Positions 21,863-33,796 are shown, counted from the first letter of the stretch. The stretch: 64,000 nt of DNA from Acidobacteriota bacterium (GCA_963666215.2 CAXWPL010000004.1:512001-576000); one strand, 5' to 3'. The notes: generated from the sequence alone by a model not told the origin. Numbers and translations are program-made.

Positions 21863-22277
21863 TCAGCGAATGCTGGCATCCTCCTTGATTCGCGCCATGT
21901 TGAGGTCGATCGACGCGCCGCCCTGCGACCAGACGCCGTGGATGTTGTCGCCGTTTTCCTGGAGCGTGCCCTCGTAGCTGGCGGCCATGTTCGAAAGACC
22001 GAGCATCAGCTTGTCGGCTTCGAAGCTCGCGCTCGAGAAGGGGATGCCCATCGCACCCTGCCTGGGGCTGTCGAGACTCGCTGACAACGCTCCGTCGTCA
22101 GCGACCGATAACCGGCAGCGGCTGGCCGCCCGCGCTGATATCACCCTCCCAGTCGCCGGCGATGTGGTGGTCGGCGACGATTGCCGCCGGCTCGCCATAG
22201 ACGTTGTAGACCACTGAGACGATCAATCCGGTAACGAGAACGACGAGAAGGAAGGCTCGAGTCTTGCTGCAACACAT
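21863..22277 (-). pseudogene. Small exported protein, frameshifted near 22105
   Basis: Signal/TM then IAGDWEGDISAGGQPLPVI; continues in another frame as ADDGALSASLDSPRQGAMGIP...YEGTL..IHGVWSQGG. Confidence 0.6.
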
Positions 22278-22369
22278 GACGATGCACCTCGTGAGATCTG
22301 AAGAGAGCGGATCCGGAGCTTCAGGAAGCTCGTTGCTAGTCCGAGGTATGCCGGGCAGGCGAAGAGTAT

Positions 22370-23592
22370 TCAGGGTGCCGTCGCTAAAATCTGCAGGGCC
22401 GCGTCGATGTCGCCGTCGGTGTGGTCGGCGTTGATCTGAAAGCGGATCTCTTCGTCACCGCGCGGCACCACCGGATAGGCCAGGCCGGTGGCGAGCACAC
22501 CGTTGTCGTAGAGGTGCCGGACCAGCGCGTGGGTACGCTCCGTGTCGCGGAGGACCAGCGGTACAACGGGATGGTCTCCGGGAATCGTCTCGAAGCCGGC
22601 GTGGCGCAGTCCGCTGTCGAATCGCTGTGTCAGGGCTCGCAGGCGGGCGAGCAACGCCCGGCCCTCTTCGGAGTCGACCAGGTCCAGGGAGGCGATTGCC
22701 GCCTGAGTCTCGCCGACGGTGATCGGGTTGGAGTAGATGTACATCGGCGCGCTCTCGCGCAGGAAGCGCGTCAGCGACGCCGAGCCCACGACGTAGCCAC
22801 CGTTGACGCCGAACGCCTTGCCGAGCGTCCCCACCAGCACGTCGGCGGGCGGCGCTCCGGTGTACTCCTCGGTACCGCGGCCGGTTTCGCCGAACGCGCC
22901 CACACCATGCGAATCGTCGACGATAACAACCAGGTTCTGGTCGAAGTCGGAGTCGTGGCGCCGGCAAACCTCCATCAGCTCGGCGAGCGGCGCGTGGTCG
23001 CCTCGCATCGAGAAGATCCCGTCGGTGATGACGATGGCCCGCTTTGCCTTACCTTTCGCGTCTTCGATCGCGCGCTCCAGACCGGCCATATCGTTGTGCG
23101 AGTAGATGGCCTTGCTGAGCGGCCGGGCCATCCGCGCCGCCATGATGATGCAGTTGTGATTGAGCTCGTCGGAGATCAGAGCTGTCTCTTTGGTAACCAG
23201 TGGGCCGAGTGTTCCCATGACGGCGACGTAGGCCGCCGAGAAAATCATGCCGGCCTCGCGCGAGTGAAACGCCGCAAGTCGACGCTCGAGCTCGAGATGC
23301 GGTGCGTAGGTTCCGCTGATGAAACGCACTGCGCCCGGGCCGGCGCCAAATGCCACGGTCCCCTCCTCCTCGGCCTTGCGTATGCGCGATCGTAATCCCA
23401 GTCCGAGGTACGAGTTGGAGTTCATTCGAATGAAGCGGCGGTCGCCTTCGCCCAGCAGCTCGAAGCGCGGACCACGATCGCCCTCGGGCGGATGAACGGC
23501 GGTGACAACGGTCTCGGCACCCTTGCGGTGCCAGCCGCCTCGAGCCCGGCGACATGGGCAGCGAGCACGGGGTCGAGACGATCGATCGGCAT
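22370..23592 (-). CDS. kbl: 2-amino-3-ketobutyrate CoA ligase (glycine C-acetyltransferase), apparent 1-nt deletion near 23523
   Basis: NSNSYLGL, VRFISGT, SDELNHNCII, DGIFSMRGD, DDSHG, GTLGKA; N-terminus MPIDRLDPVLAAHVAGLEAAGT is out of frame. Confidence 0.8.
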
Positions 23593-23656
23593 GCCAAACC
23601 TCTCTTGGGTAATGAAACGTGCCGTCGTGCGGCGTCTCCGGAGTCTATCGAGCCGG

Positions 23657-25732
23657 TTACAACGCCGCGTTCTGCAACTCGTGGCGGCCCGCGAAATACT
23701 CCAACGCCTCGGGGTTGGCGAGTGCTTCCCGATTCTTCACCGGGCGACCGTGGACGACCTCCCGCACCGCCAGCTCGACAATCTTGCCGCTCTTGGTACG
23801 CGGAATGTCGGCAACCTCGACAACGACAGCCGGGACGTGGCGCGGGCTGCAACCGTCGCGAATCGCGCGCTTGATCTTGCCAACCAGCGCATCGTCGAGC
23901 GACGCGTCGGCAACAGCCAGCTTCACGAACAACACAATACGGACGTCGTCGTCCCACTCCTGTCCGATAGCGATTGCCTCTTCGACCTCGGGCAGAAGCT
24001 CGACCTGGCGGTAGATCTCGGCGGTTCCAATGCGCACGCCGCCGGGATTGAGGGTGGCGTCGGAACGCCCATAGATGATCACGCCGGCACCCGCGGCATG
24101 CTCTTCATGGGAAACCAGCTCGATGAAGTCGCCGTGATGCCAGATCCCGGGATAGCGCTCGAAGTAGGCGGCACGGTAGCGGCTGCCGTCCGGATCGTTC
24201 CAGAACTCGATGGGCATCGACGGAAACGGTCGCGTGCACACCAGCTCGCCCTTCTCACCGCGGAGAGAAGCGCCCTCGTCGTCGAATACGTCCACAGCCA
24301 TGCCGAGCGAGCGCGACTGGATCTCACCACGCCAAACAGGGCCGATCGGGTTGCCACCCACAAAACAGCCGACGATGTCGGTACCGCCGGCGATTGACGA
24401 CAAACAAACGTCCGACTTGATGTGCCCGTAGACGTAGTCGAACCCTTCCGGCGCAAGTGGCGAGCCCGTCGAGGCCATCGTCCGGAGCGTCTCGAGCCGA
24501 TGAGTCTCGCGTGGACCCGCTCCGGCGCCGAGCTGGTTGCCGAGCGCGTCGATGTACTTCGCCGAGGTGCCGAAGAACGTCATCCCTTCGGCGTCGGCGT
24601 AGTCAAAGAGAACGGTCGGCGTCGGCCAGAAGGGATTGCCGTCGTAGAGCAGCAGCGTCGCTCCGCTGGCCAACCCTGAAGCCAGCCAGTTCCACATCAT
24701 CCAACCGCAGGTGGTGAAGTAGAAAACGCGGTCTCCCGGGCGCATATCGCACATGAGCCGATGTTCGTAGAGATGCTTGAGCAGTGTGCCGCCGGCGCCG
24801 TGGACGATGCACTTCGGCGGCCCGGTGGTACCCGACGAGAACAGGATATAGAGCGGGTGGTTGAAGGGCAGTCGCGAGAAGGGCAGCGGCGCTGGGCCGA
24901 TGTCGTGGAGCATGCGCTCGAGCGAGCCCACTTCAACCCCCGGCAGCGCTTCCTGGAGCGCCCCGACGTCCACATCGTCGCCTGCGTAGCCGGCCACCAG
25001 AACAACATCGAGACTCGGCAGCCGCGCGGCGAACCGCGCCACACGCTCCAGCGAGTCGATCCACTTGGCCTTGTAGAAATAACCATCAGCGCACAGCAGA
25101 GCCTTAGGCTCGATCTGGCCGAATCGATCGAGCACACCGTCAACGCCGAAGTCGGGCGAGCTGGACGACCACACCGCCCCCAGCGACGCTGTCGCTAGCA
25201 TGCCGACGATGGCTTCGGGAATGTTCGGCAGGAAGGCGGCTACGCGGTCGCCCTCCCCGACACCGTGATCGGACAGCACACGCGCAAGGCGCGCTGTGCG
25301 ATCACGGAGCTGCTCCCAGCTGAGCCGACGACGGACAGCGTCCTCACCCCAGAACACGATCGCATCGCCATGCGCCTGATCGCCCTCGCCGGAGCCGCCA
25401 GAATCGGCAGAATCGGCAGAATCTTCGCGACGACTCCCGAGCGCCGCGCCCCGCAGCAGATTCTCGGCGAAGTTGAGGCGGCCGTCGGGAAAAAAGGTCG
25501 CGCCGGGCATCCGATCGCCATCCTGGAGAACGGTGCCGCCAGAATCGCCAATCACGTCACAGAAGTCCCAGATCGACGTCCAGAACGATTCGACATGGTC
25601 GCACGACCAACGATAGAGGGCCGAAGCGTTCCCGAGTGAAACGTTCCAGCGGTCTTCTACGTACTTCAAGAACGCCGTTAGATTGGCGCGCCGCACACGC
25701 TCGGCCGACGGTCGCCAGATGGGTTCGTTCAT
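23657..25732 (-). CDS. Acetoacetate--CoA ligase
   Basis: [64 protein letters not shown]. Confidence 0.92.
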   Translation of the reverse strand: MNEPIWRPSAERVRRANLTAFLKYVEDRWNVSLGNASALYRWSCDHVESFWTSIWDFCDVIGDSGGTVLQDGDRMPGATFFPDGRLNFAENLLRGAALGSRREDSADSADSGGSGEGDQAHGDAIVFWGEDAVRRRLSWEQLRDRTARLARVLSDHGVGEGDRVAAFLPNIPEAIVGMLATASLGAVWSSSSPDFGVDGVLDRFGQIEPKALLCADGYFYKAKWIDSLERVARFAARLPSLDVVLVAGYAGDDVDVGALQEALPGVEVGSLERMLHDIGPAPLPFSRLPFNHPLYILFSSGTTGPPKCIVHGAGGTLLKHLYEHRLMCDMRPGDRVFYFTTCGWMMWNWLASGLASGATLLLYDGNPFWPTPTVLFDYADAEGMTFFGTSAKYIDALGNQLGAGAGPRETHRLETLRTMASTGSPLAPEGFDYVYGHIKSDVCLSSIAGGTDIVGCFVGGNPIGPVWRGEIQSRSLGMAVDVFDDEGASLRGEKGELVCTRPFPSMPIEFWNDPDGSRYRAAYFERYPGIWHHGDFIELVSHEEHAAGAGVIIYGRSDATLNPGGVRIGTAEIYRQVELLPEVEEAIAIGQEWDDDVRIVLFVKLAVADASLDDALVGKIKRAIRDGCSPRHVPAVVVEVADIPRTKSGKIVELAVREVVHGRPVKNREALANPEALEYFAGRHELQNAAL

Positions 25733-25767
25733 GCCGGACTCGCCGCTCAGACAAGGACAGGACAAAA

Positions 25768-26174
25768 TGGGTACACGCAGCTGGTTCAGGAATTCTAAAC
25801 TTCTTGCTGCAGCACCTGCCGCAGTCGTGGCGACCACCCGGGCACCTAGAGCCTCCGGGCGGCCGAGCGGCTCGACGCCTCCATCCCCTACTTCGAGAAA
25901 CAACGTGTCTGACGCCCCGAATCTCCACCGAGGCCACGCCGCGCTGCTGCGCGTGGTCAACGAACAGAGCGGCAAGCTTGCCGTCATCAAGGGCGGCACG
26001 GTCCAGATCGGATCCGCCGCGCAAGACTTCCTGATTGGCTGGTACGAAGACCTCAAGCGCATCGGCCTCGTAGCCGCACAAGAAGAGCAAGGCCGCCACG
26101 GCGGCGTGGTGCTCGGCGAGCGAGTCTCGCTGACCGCGGCTGGCACCGAGCGTCTGGCGGCGATCCCCGGCTAG
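25768..26174 (+). CDS. Hypothetical protein (start uncertain, possibly GTG near 25905)
   Basis: Host-like codon usage in the 3' half; ends [10 protein letters not shown], which is winged-helix-like. Confidence 0.4.
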
Positions 26175-26343
26175 TCCCGGCAGTCCTGCCTGTCCCGGCG
26201 CTTCCGGCGCTGGCGCTCGTCACCGACGGGCGGGCTCTTGTTGTGCCCGCAAGCCCGCCTCAGTAGGCTCTCCGGCTGCCCAGATTGACTGGTGCCGCTG
26301 GTCCACCGCGACCCGCGTTTCGGCCGCAACAAGGAGAGTCTCG

Positions 26344-29300
26344 ATGCGTTGGTGTGCCCGCTCCCGTCCTGCCCTGTGCTCGTCGATCGCGTTGATCCTG
26401 CTCCCATTGCTGACGCTGTTGAGCAGCGTGCCACCGGCAATCGCGACCAGCGCGAGCGCTCAGACCCGATCCGACTCCAGCCTGGCCGCGGACGCACTCG
26501 GCGGACTGCGCTGGCGCTCGATAGGACCGGCGATCATGGGCGGACGTACGGTCGACATCGCGGGCATCCCGGGCGATCCGTCGACGGTCTACATGGCGAC
26601 GGCGTCCGGCGGCCTGTTCAAGACCAACAACAACGGCACGACGTGGCGTAGCGTCTTCGAGAGCGGCGGCACGCTGTCGCTCGGCGCTGTTGCCGTAGCG
26701 CCGTCGGACCCCAACGTCGTCTACATCGGCACCGGCGAGAACAACCCACGCAACAGCGCCTCGATTGGTAACGGTGTGTACCGCTCCGACGACGCCGGCG
26801 AGACCTGGCGTCACCTCGGGCTCGAGAACACCGAAAAAACGGGCCGCATCCGCGTCCATCCCACCGATCCCGACACGGTCTACGTGGCGGCCCTCGGCCA
26901 CGAGTGGGGAGCCAACGAGGAGCGCGGCGTTTACCGTAGCCGCGACGGCGGAGCATCGTGGGACCGGGTGCTGTTCGTCAACGCCGACACGGGCGCCGCC
27001 GACCTGGCGATGGATCCCGGCAACCCGCGGATTCTCTACGCCGGGATGTACGACTTCCGACGCCAGCCCTGGAGCTTCCGCTCGGGCGGCCCGGGCAGCG
27101 GGCTTTACCGCTCGAGTGACGGCGGCGACAGCTGGACCCGACTCACCGATGACGCCCTCGGCAATGGACTGCCGACCGGCGTTCTCGGGCGAATCGGTGT
27201 AGCGGTCGCGCCCTCAGATGCGAGCGTAGTCTACGCCATTATCGAGGCCGAGCGCGGCGTCATGTGGCGCTCCGACGATCGGGGCCGATCGTGGCGCATG
27301 GTCACCGAGGACAAGACGGTGCACTCGCGGCCGTTCTACTTCAGCGACATCCGCGTGGATCCGCAGAACGAGAATCGGGTTTACCTGCTGGAGGGGCGCC
27401 TGCAAGTAACGGAAGATGCCGGCGCCACATGGAGGCCGACAGCGCAGACCGTCCACGGTGACCATCAGTCGTTGTGGATCGATCCACAGGACCCGCGCCG
27501 GCTCATCAATGGCAACGACGGCGGTTGGGCCTTCTCCTACGACCGCGGCGCCACATGGGAGTTCGTCAACTCCATACCGATCGGCCAGTTCTACCAAATC
27601 TCGGCCGATATGCGCGATCCGTACGACGTCTGTGGCGGACTGCAGGACAACCATGTGTGGTGCGGCCCGAGCAACAGCCTGACGACGCTCGGCATTCTGA
27701 ACGGCCACTGGGAGCGCATCCATCCGGGCGGCGACGGCTACTACGTGCAGGCCGACCCCGACAACCCCGACCTCGTCTACACGAACTCGCACTACGGCAA
27801 CATCGTGACGTTCGACCGCTCCAACGGCCACACCCGCGCGATCCACCCCTATCCGGTCAACCTGCGCGGCGCCGCGGCCGGCGAGCATCCGTTTCGCTTC
27901 AACTGGAACTCGCCCATCCAGATGTCGCCGCACGACTCGCAGACCGTCTACTTCGGCTCCAATGTGCTCTTTGGCACGCGTGACGGCGGCCAGTCGTGGG
28001 CGGAGCTGAGTCCTGACCTCAGCACCAACGACCCGGAGAAGATCCAGACCTCCGGCGGCCCGATTACCCCCGACAACACGTCGGCCGAGTATCACAGCAC
28101 GATCATCACGATCGCCGAATCGCCGCTCACCCCAGGCGTGATCTGGACGGGTACCGACGACGGCAACGTGCAGATCACACGCGACGGCGGCTCGAGCTGG
28201 ACCAACGTCGCCGGCAACATCACGGGGCTGCCACAGGCTGCCTGGATCTCGCGCGTCGAAGCCTCGCACCACCAACCCGGCACGGCCTACATCTCGGTTG
28301 ACCAGCACCGACTCGACGACCGCACCCCCTACGTCTTCAAGACGGCCGACTACGGCCGCACGTGGACGAGTATCGCGGGCGACCTACCGCCGAAGCACTA
28401 CGTGCACGTGGTGCGTGAAGACCCCCGCAACCCGGAGCTGCTCTACGTCGGAACCGAGCTCGGCATCTTCGCCAGCTTCTCGGGAGGTGGCGAGTGGACC
28501 TCACTGCGACGCAACCTTCCGCCGGTGGCCGTGCGCGACATGTTGATTCACCCGCGCGACAACGACCTGATTATCGGAACTCATGGCAGGAGCGCATGGA
28601 TTCTCGATGATCTGACCCCGCTGCAGGACCTCACCGACGCCATGGCAGCCGACGCCTGGCTGTTCGAGCCGCCGCTGGCGACGCGCTGGGTGATTTGGAA
28701 CAAGGATCACTCCGGCTATCCGGGCCAGCGCTGGCTCGGCGACCAGACGTTCTATGGGGAAGATCCTCCCTACGGGGCTTCGATCAGCTACTACCTGAGC
28801 GCCGAGCAGGCAGCACGACTGGCAGTGCCAGAGCCCGCCAGCAGCGCCTCTCCGGCGACAGGCGGCGACGGCGAGAGCTACTCAGCGGGGATCCCGAAAG
28901 CGGAAATCAAGATCGCGATCCGAGATCTCGACGGCAACACCGTTCGCACCTTCAGTGGCCCCGCCGAGCCCGGGATCAACCGCGCCGTCTGGGATCTGCG
29001 TCACGATCCGCTGCCAGCACCCGAGGGCACGGCGGCGATCGGCTTCGGCGAGGCCGGCGCTCCTTTGGCGCTTGCCGGTACCTACAGCGTTGGGCTCGAG
29101 CTCGATGGCACGGGTCGGCGATCGGCGTCGTTCGAAGTTCGAATCGATCCTCGCGTCGAAGTTAGCGACGCCGACCTGCTGGAGCTGCACAACGCAGTGA
29201 CCCGCCTGACCCAGATGGAAGGTCGGGCGATGGACGCGCTGCAAACAATCGAGCTGCTGAGCGAACGACTGGCGACTGTGGGCGAGCGCTTGACCGACAA

Positions 29301-29625
29301 CAACAACCTGGCCACCGAGGCGGCAGCGCTGGCCGAGCCGCTGGCCGATCTGCGCGGACGCATTGTCCGCGCCACACCGAACTTCGGCTACCGCTCCGGA
29401 GCCAGGCTGCTGGAAAAGATCCGCCAGCTGCGCTCAGGTGGCGGCAACTTCCGGGGCATCGAGGGAGCGCTGATGCGACCGACCGACGCCCAGACGCACT
29501 GGATGGGTCGATACGACGAAGAGCTCACGACGATCGAGGCCGAGCTTGCGGCCCTTATCGACTCGCGCGTGATGCCACTCGACGTTCGCCTCAACGAGGC
29601 GGGATTGGGGCACCTCATCCGCTAG
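26344..29625 (+). CDS. Secreted VPS10/BNR (Asp-box) repeat glycosyl hydrolase-like protein
   Basis: LRWRSIGPAIMGGR; many S/T-x-D-G-G-x-T/S-W repeats; GGLQDN, FNWNSPI, GTHGRS. Confidence 0.9.
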   Translation: MRWCARSRPALCSSIALILLPLLTLLSSVPPAIATSASAQTRSDSSLAADALGGLRWRSIGPAIMGGRTVDIAGIPGDPSTVYMATASGGLFKTNNNGTTWRSVFESGGTLSLGAVAVAPSDPNVVYIGTGENNPRNSASIGNGVYRSDDAGETWRHLGLENTEKTGRIRVHPTDPDTVYVAALGHEWGANEERGVYRSRDGGASWDRVLFVNADTGAADLAMDPGNPRILYAGMYDFRRQPWSFRSGGPGSGLYRSSDGGDSWTRLTDDALGNGLPTGVLGRIGVAVAPSDASVVYAIIEAERGVMWRSDDRGRSWRMVTEDKTVHSRPFYFSDIRVDPQNENRVYLLEGRLQVTEDAGATWRPTAQTVHGDHQSLWIDPQDPRRLINGNDGGWAFSYDRGATWEFVNSIPIGQFYQISADMRDPYDVCGGLQDNHVWCGPSNSLTTLGILNGHWERIHPGGDGYYVQADPDNPDLVYTNSHYGNIVTFDRSNGHTRAIHPYPVNLRGAAAGEHPFRFNWNSPIQMSPHDSQTVYFGSNVLFGTRDGGQSWAELSPDLSTNDPEKIQTSGGPITPDNTSAEYHSTIITIAESPLTPGVIWTGTDDGNVQITRDGGSSWTNVAGNITGLPQAAWISRVEASHHQPGTAYISVDQHRLDDRTPYVFKTADYGRTWTSIAGDLPPKHYVHVVREDPRNPELLYVGTELGIFASFSGGGEWTSLRRNLPPVAVRDMLIHPRDNDLIIGTHGRSAWILDDLTPLQDLTDAMAADAWLFEPPLATRWVIWNKDHSGYPGQRWLGDQTFYGEDPPYGASISYYLSAEQAARLAVPEPASSASPATGGDGESYSAGIPKAEIKIAIRDLDGNTVRTFSGPAEPGINRAVWDLRHDPLPAPEGTAAIGFGEAGAPLALAGTYSVGLELDGTGRRSASFEVRIDPRVEVSDADLLELHNAVTRLTQMEGRAMDALQTIELLSERLATVGERLTDNNNLATEAAALAEPLADLRGRIVRATPNFGYRSGARLLEKIRQLRSGGGNFRGIEGALMRPTDAQTHWMGRYDEELTTIEAELAALIDSRVMPLDVRLNEAGLGHLIR

Positions 29626-29637
29626 ACAGCGCCTAGT

Positions 29638-30680
29638 TGTGTTTTCTAAGTAGGTTGTTCACATCGGGGCTCACTTCTGAGATCAATGGGGTTGTTCAAA
29701 AGACTCCACGACCTCAGAAGGAGCGCCCGATGCAGCTGCATGGTAACGCCCGCACGACGCCGTATATACGCCGAGAGATGGTCCGCCGAGTCCGGGAGCG
29801 GGCGGAGCCCGTGACGGAAACGGCGGCGGCGCTCGGCGTGTCGGCTCGAACGGTTTACAAGTGGCTGGATAGATACGAGCGAGAAGGTGAGGCCGGGCTG
29901 CTCGATCGATCAAGCCGGCCGACGTGCTGTCCGCACGCAACAAGCGCTGGAGTTGTGAGGCAGATCGACAAGCTACGTCGGCGGCGACTGACGGCCTGGC
30001 AGATCAGCCGAAGGTTGGCTGTGCCGCGCTCGACCGTCTCGGCGTGGCTGAAGCGGCTCGGACTCGCCAAGCTTGATGCGCTCGAGCCCAAGCCCGAGAT
30101 CGTTCGCTACGAGTACGAGCACCCCGGTGACCTACTGCACCTGGATACGAAGAAACTGGCCCGTATCCGGCGACCTGGACACCGCATCCACGGCGACCGC
30201 TCCAAGCGGGCCTACGGCGTCGGCTGGGAGAACGCCCACGTCGCTATCGACGATCACTCTCGGGTGGCGTACGTCGAAGTGCTGCCCGCCGAAGACCAAC
30301 ACACCTGCACAGCGTTCCTGCAGCGAGCCGTCGAGCACTTCGCTTCGATGGGAGTAGCGGTGCGCCGAGTGATGACAGACAACGGGCCTGGCTACGTCTC
30401 GAAGCGCTTCAATCGCCTATGCCATCAACTCGAGATCCGGCACATTTACACCCGGCCCTACACCCCCAGAACCAACGGCAAAGCCGAACGCTTCATCCGC
30501 ACACTCAAGGAGCAGTGGGCCTACGGCACCTGCTACCAGACCTCAGCTCGACGTACTCGAGCTCTACGGCCCTGGCTCAACCACTACAATCGTCACCGTC
30601 CCCACGCCGGCATCGGCATGACACCGCCGATCGCTCGGCTCTCAGGGGTGAGTTCGTGAACAACCTACCTAGAACTCACA
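29638..30680 (+). mobile_element. IS481-family insertion sequence
   Basis: TGT...ACA ends; 25-bp imperfect IRs TGTGTTTTCTAAGTAGGTTGTTCAC / GTGAACAACCTACCTAGAACTCACA; flanks CCTAGT and ACTAGT. Confidence 0.92.
29730..30659 (+). CDS. IS481 DDE transposase
   Basis: HGNARTT, LLDRSSRP, LHLDTKKL, AIDDHSR, MTDNG, PRTNGKAERF. Confidence 0.95.
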   Translation: MQLHGNARTTPYIRREMVRRVRERAEPVTETAAALGVSARTVYKWLDRYEREGEAGLLDRSSRPTCCPHATSAGVVRQIDKLRRRRLTAWQISRRLAVPRSTVSAWLKRLGLAKLDALEPKPEIVRYEYEHPGDLLHLDTKKLARIRRPGHRIHGDRSKRAYGVGWENAHVAIDDHSRVAYVEVLPAEDQHTCTAFLQRAVEHFASMGVAVRRVMTDNGPGYVSKRFNRLCHQLEIRHIYTRPYTPRTNGKAERFIRTLKEQWAYGTCYQTSARRTRALRPWLNHYNRHRPHAGIGMTPPIARLSGVSS

Positions 30681-30681
30681 A

Positions 30682-33465
30682 CTAGTCGGCCCGCATCGTT
30701 GTGACGGGATCGGTGCGCGCGGCGCAGCAGGCCGGCACCAGGCAAGCAGACATCGCGACGACAACCAGCAGACTCGCGCCTCCGAGGTACACCAGCGGGT
30801 CGGCGGCGGAAACTCCGTAGAGCAACGACGAGAGCACGCGCATCAGCCCGAGCGCCGCGCCGCCGCCGAGCAGCAAGCCAAGACCCACCAGCACCATGCC
30901 GCGACGCATCACCATCGCCAGCACGTCAACGCCTCGGGCGCCGAGAGCCATGCGAATGCCCAGGTCGCGGGCCTGCCGAGTAACGGTGAAGTTCATCACC
31001 CCGAAGACGCCGATGGCCGCGATGACCATCGCCATACCCGAAAACAGGGCGAGCAACCGTACGTTCGAGCGTGGCTGCTCCACCGACGCCGACATGATCT
31101 CGGCCAACGGATCGGCACTGTAGACCGTCTGCTCGGGATCGACGGCGAAGACCGCCTGGCGCATCGCGCTCGCCAGTCCGTCGAGCCCGTCGGCCGCGGT
31201 CGCAGACCGCTCGCCGCGAACCACGAAGGCGGTAAACGCGAAGGTAGCCTGGTGGTAGGACATGTAGATCTCGGGGAAGGGCTCACGCTCGTAGCCATAG
31301 TGACGAACGTCGCCGACAACTCCGACGATCGTGATCCAGTCCTCCTCCTCCGTCTCGTCGGGAGCGTCGAAGCTGATCCGGCGGCCAAGCGGATCGCCGT
31401 CGAAGTAGCGTTCCGCGAAGGTCTCGTTGACGACGCCGACCTGCGCGCTGTCGTGTGTGTCGGTGGTGGCGATGGTGCGGCCCGTGTGCAACGGAATGCC
31501 CATCGTGCGGAAGTAATCCGCGCTCGCCGCCTGAAAGATCATGCGGTTCTCTTCGTTGGGCGCAGGCAGGGGTTCTCCTTCCTTGTAGAAGGAGAATCGT
31601 GCTGTGGTGCCGCTGAACGGCACTCCGAGGACCGCACCCACCGATGTCACGCCCGGAATCGCGGCGGCCCCCTCGAGAACCGCGTCGTAGAAGGCCACCT
31701 TGCTGGCGTCGTCGGGGTACTTCGTTTCGGGGAGCGCCAGCGTGACTGCCAGCACGCCGGCGGGCTCGAAGCCGGCCTCGTTGCTCATCAGGGCGACAAA
31801 GCTACGGGTCATGAGGCCCGCTCCTACCACGAGCACGAGGGCGAGCGCCAACTCCACGACCACGAGCGCGTCGCGGGTGCGGCCGCTACGGTCGCCACCT
31901 CGGGTGCCCTTCAACGAAGCTACCGGATCCCGGCTCGACCGCAGAGCGGGCGCCAGGCCGAACAGCAGCCCCGTAGTCATCGTCGCGAGCAGTGTGAACC
32001 CGACGACGCGCAGATCGAGACCCACCTGCGACAGGCGCGGCAGCGTGGATGGCAACAGCGCCACCAGAGCGGTGTGGCTCGCCGCGGCCAGGAGCAAGCC
32101 GAGCCCACCGCCAGCGATCGCCAGCAGCAAGCTCTCGGCGACGAGCTGACGAACAAGACGGCCGCGGCTGGCGCCCAGCGCGCTGCGCACGGCGATCTCC
32201 CGTTGCCTGCCCGTGGCCTGCGCCAGCAACAGGTTGGCGATGTTGGCGCAGGCGATAAGAAGAACGAACCCGACGGCGCCGAGCAGCGCCAGTAACGCCG
32301 GTCGCACGCCGCCAACGATCGACTCTTGCAGAGGTAGCACGACGATCTCGCGGCCGGCCTCGTCGTCCGGGTACTGCTCCTCGAGCGCGGCGTGGATCGC
32401 GTTCATCTCCTCCTGCGCCCGCTCGACGGTGGTCGTCGATCCCAATCGACCCACCGCGTCGAGGTAGTGCAGGCCACGCACCTCGCGGTAGTCCTGTCCC
32501 AGGTCCATCGGCGGCGGCGGAATGACGAGAGGCGCCACGGCCCAAAGCTGGGCAGGCCGAACGAACTCGAACTGCGGGTTCATCACGCCAACGACGTGGA
32601 AAGGGTCGCCGTTGAGCAGACTCGACTCGCCGACAATCCCCGGATCGGCGCCGAAGCTCTCGCGCCAGTAGCCGTCGCTGAGCATGACCTGCCGTGGTGC
32701 TTCTCCACCCTCACCACTGGCGAACGACACGCCGAGCTGCGGCGCACCACCGAGCACGTCGAAGAAGGTCGGCGACACCCACATCGCTCGCACGCGTTCA
32801 GGATCGCCGCGCCCGGTCAGGTTGAAGGTCGTCGCGATGAATGCCGCGATCTGCTCGACCTCGCTGACCTGCTCTTGCCAGTCGCGGAACGAGGCGGCGC
32901 TGATGTTGGCCGATTCCTCGTCGGAGCGCTCGTTGATCAGCACCACGCGTCCGGCGTTGTCGAGCACCAGCGGCTCCAGGAGCACGCCGTTGACCACCGA
33001 GAACATCGCACTGTTGGCGCCGATACCCAGCGCCAGCAACAGCACGACGAGCGCCGAGAACCCCGGGCGCGCGCTGATCGCGCGAGCAGCGTACCGCAAG
33101 TCTTGTAGATACAACGACATCTTTCGATTTCCTTGATGACCCTTCCGGTGGCCGGGCTCGAGCCCGCCGCCATAGCGCGCGGTTCGATCGGCCAGGCTCG
33201 GTCGACCGAGGAACGCGCGCGCCCACTCGAGCAAGCCCACGGCCAGGCTTTGTAAGAACGTCAGACCCACCGCCAGCGTCAGACGGGCGGTGGCGGGAAA
33301 GCGAATTCCGACGGTTTGGGCCGTGTGCGCATCGAAATCGGCCACGATGTCGGCAACCGCCGGCGCGAACACACGGGCTTGTAGCCAGTCGGGCAGCAGC
33401 CGTTCGAGGCCCTGCGCCAGCGCCAGCGAAAGCGCGCCATGATTCGAGCTCGGCGCCTCAGGCAT
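30682..33465 (-). CDS. ADOP-family duplicated ABC permease
   Basis: [44 protein letters not shown]; its TAG stop lies in the IS481 CTAG target. Confidence 0.9.
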   Translation of the reverse strand: MPEAPSSNHGALSLALAQGLERLLPDWLQARVFAPAVADIVADFDAHTAQTVGIRFPATARLTLAVGLTFLQSLAVGLLEWARAFLGRPSLADRTARYGGGLEPGHRKGHQGNRKMSLYLQDLRYAARAISARPGFSALVVLLLALGIGANSAMFSVVNGVLLEPLVLDNAGRVVLINERSDEESANISAASFRDWQEQVSEVEQIAAFIATTFNLTGRGDPERVRAMWVSPTFFDVLGGAPQLGVSFASGEGGEAPRQVMLSDGYWRESFGADPGIVGESSLLNGDPFHVVGVMNPQFEFVRPAQLWAVAPLVIPPPPMDLGQDYREVRGLHYLDAVGRLGSTTTVERAQEEMNAIHAALEEQYPDDEAGREIVVLPLQESIVGGVRPALLALLGAVGFVLLIACANIANLLLAQATGRQREIAVRSALGASRGRLVRQLVAESLLLAIAGGGLGLLLAAASHTALVALLPSTLPRLSQVGLDLRVVGFTLLATMTTGLLFGLAPALRSSRDPVASLKGTRGGDRSGRTRDALVVVELALALVLVVGAGLMTRSFVALMSNEAGFEPAGVLAVTLALPETKYPDDASKVAFYDAVLEGAAAIPGVTSVGAVLGVPFSGTTARFSFYKEGEPLPAPNEENRMIFQAASADYFRTMGIPLHTGRTIATTDTHDSAQVGVVNETFAERYFDGDPLGRRISFDAPDETEEEDWITIVGVVGDVRHYGYEREPFPEIYMSYHQATFAFTAFVVRGERSATAADGLDGLASAMRQAVFAVDPEQTVYSADPLAEIMSASVEQPRSNVRLLALFSGMAMVIAAIGVFGVMNFTVTRQARDLGIRMALGARGVDVLAMVMRRGMVLVGLGLLLGGGAALGLMRVLSSLLYGVSAADPLVYLGGASLLVVVAMSACLVPACCAARTDPVTTMRAD

Positions 33466-33796
33466 TGGGGCGGCCCGCAATCCCGGCATCTTCGAGTGCT
33501 ACGGCGTAGATCTCCCGCGTCCGTTCCCACATCCGCGTGCCCGCGGGCGTGATCTGATAGCGGCGCTCCTTGACCGGCCGCGTCGGTCCCTCCGTGCGTT
33601 CGTAGCGCCCAGAAAGGAGCCCTGCGTCCTCGAGGCGACCCATCAACTGGTAGAAACCCGGGCCGCTCCGGCGCACGCCGCGCTCGGCAAGGTAACCCCG
33701 TAGCTCACGCCCCGAAGCATCCCCGCCTCGCACCGCAGTCAACACGAGGAACTGAAGGTGCGTGATGTCGGGCAGCTGTTCCTTTTCCTTGGCCAT
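33458..33796 (-). CDS. PadR-family transcriptional regulator
   Basis: LQFLVL..SGRELR..GFYQLMGRLEDAGL..RRYQITPAG; coupled to the ADOP start. Confidence 0.85.
   Translation of the reverse strand: MAKEKEQLPDITHLQFLVLTAVRGGDASGRELRGYLAERGVRRSGPGFYQLMGRLEDAGLLSGRYERTEGPTRPVKERRYQITPAGTRMWERTREIYAVALEDAGIAGRPNA

Noticed and set aside
25397-25424. GAATCGGCA 9-bp repeat in acetoacetate-CoA ligase
   Set aside because: In-frame low-complexity loop (DSADSADS); nothing further supported.
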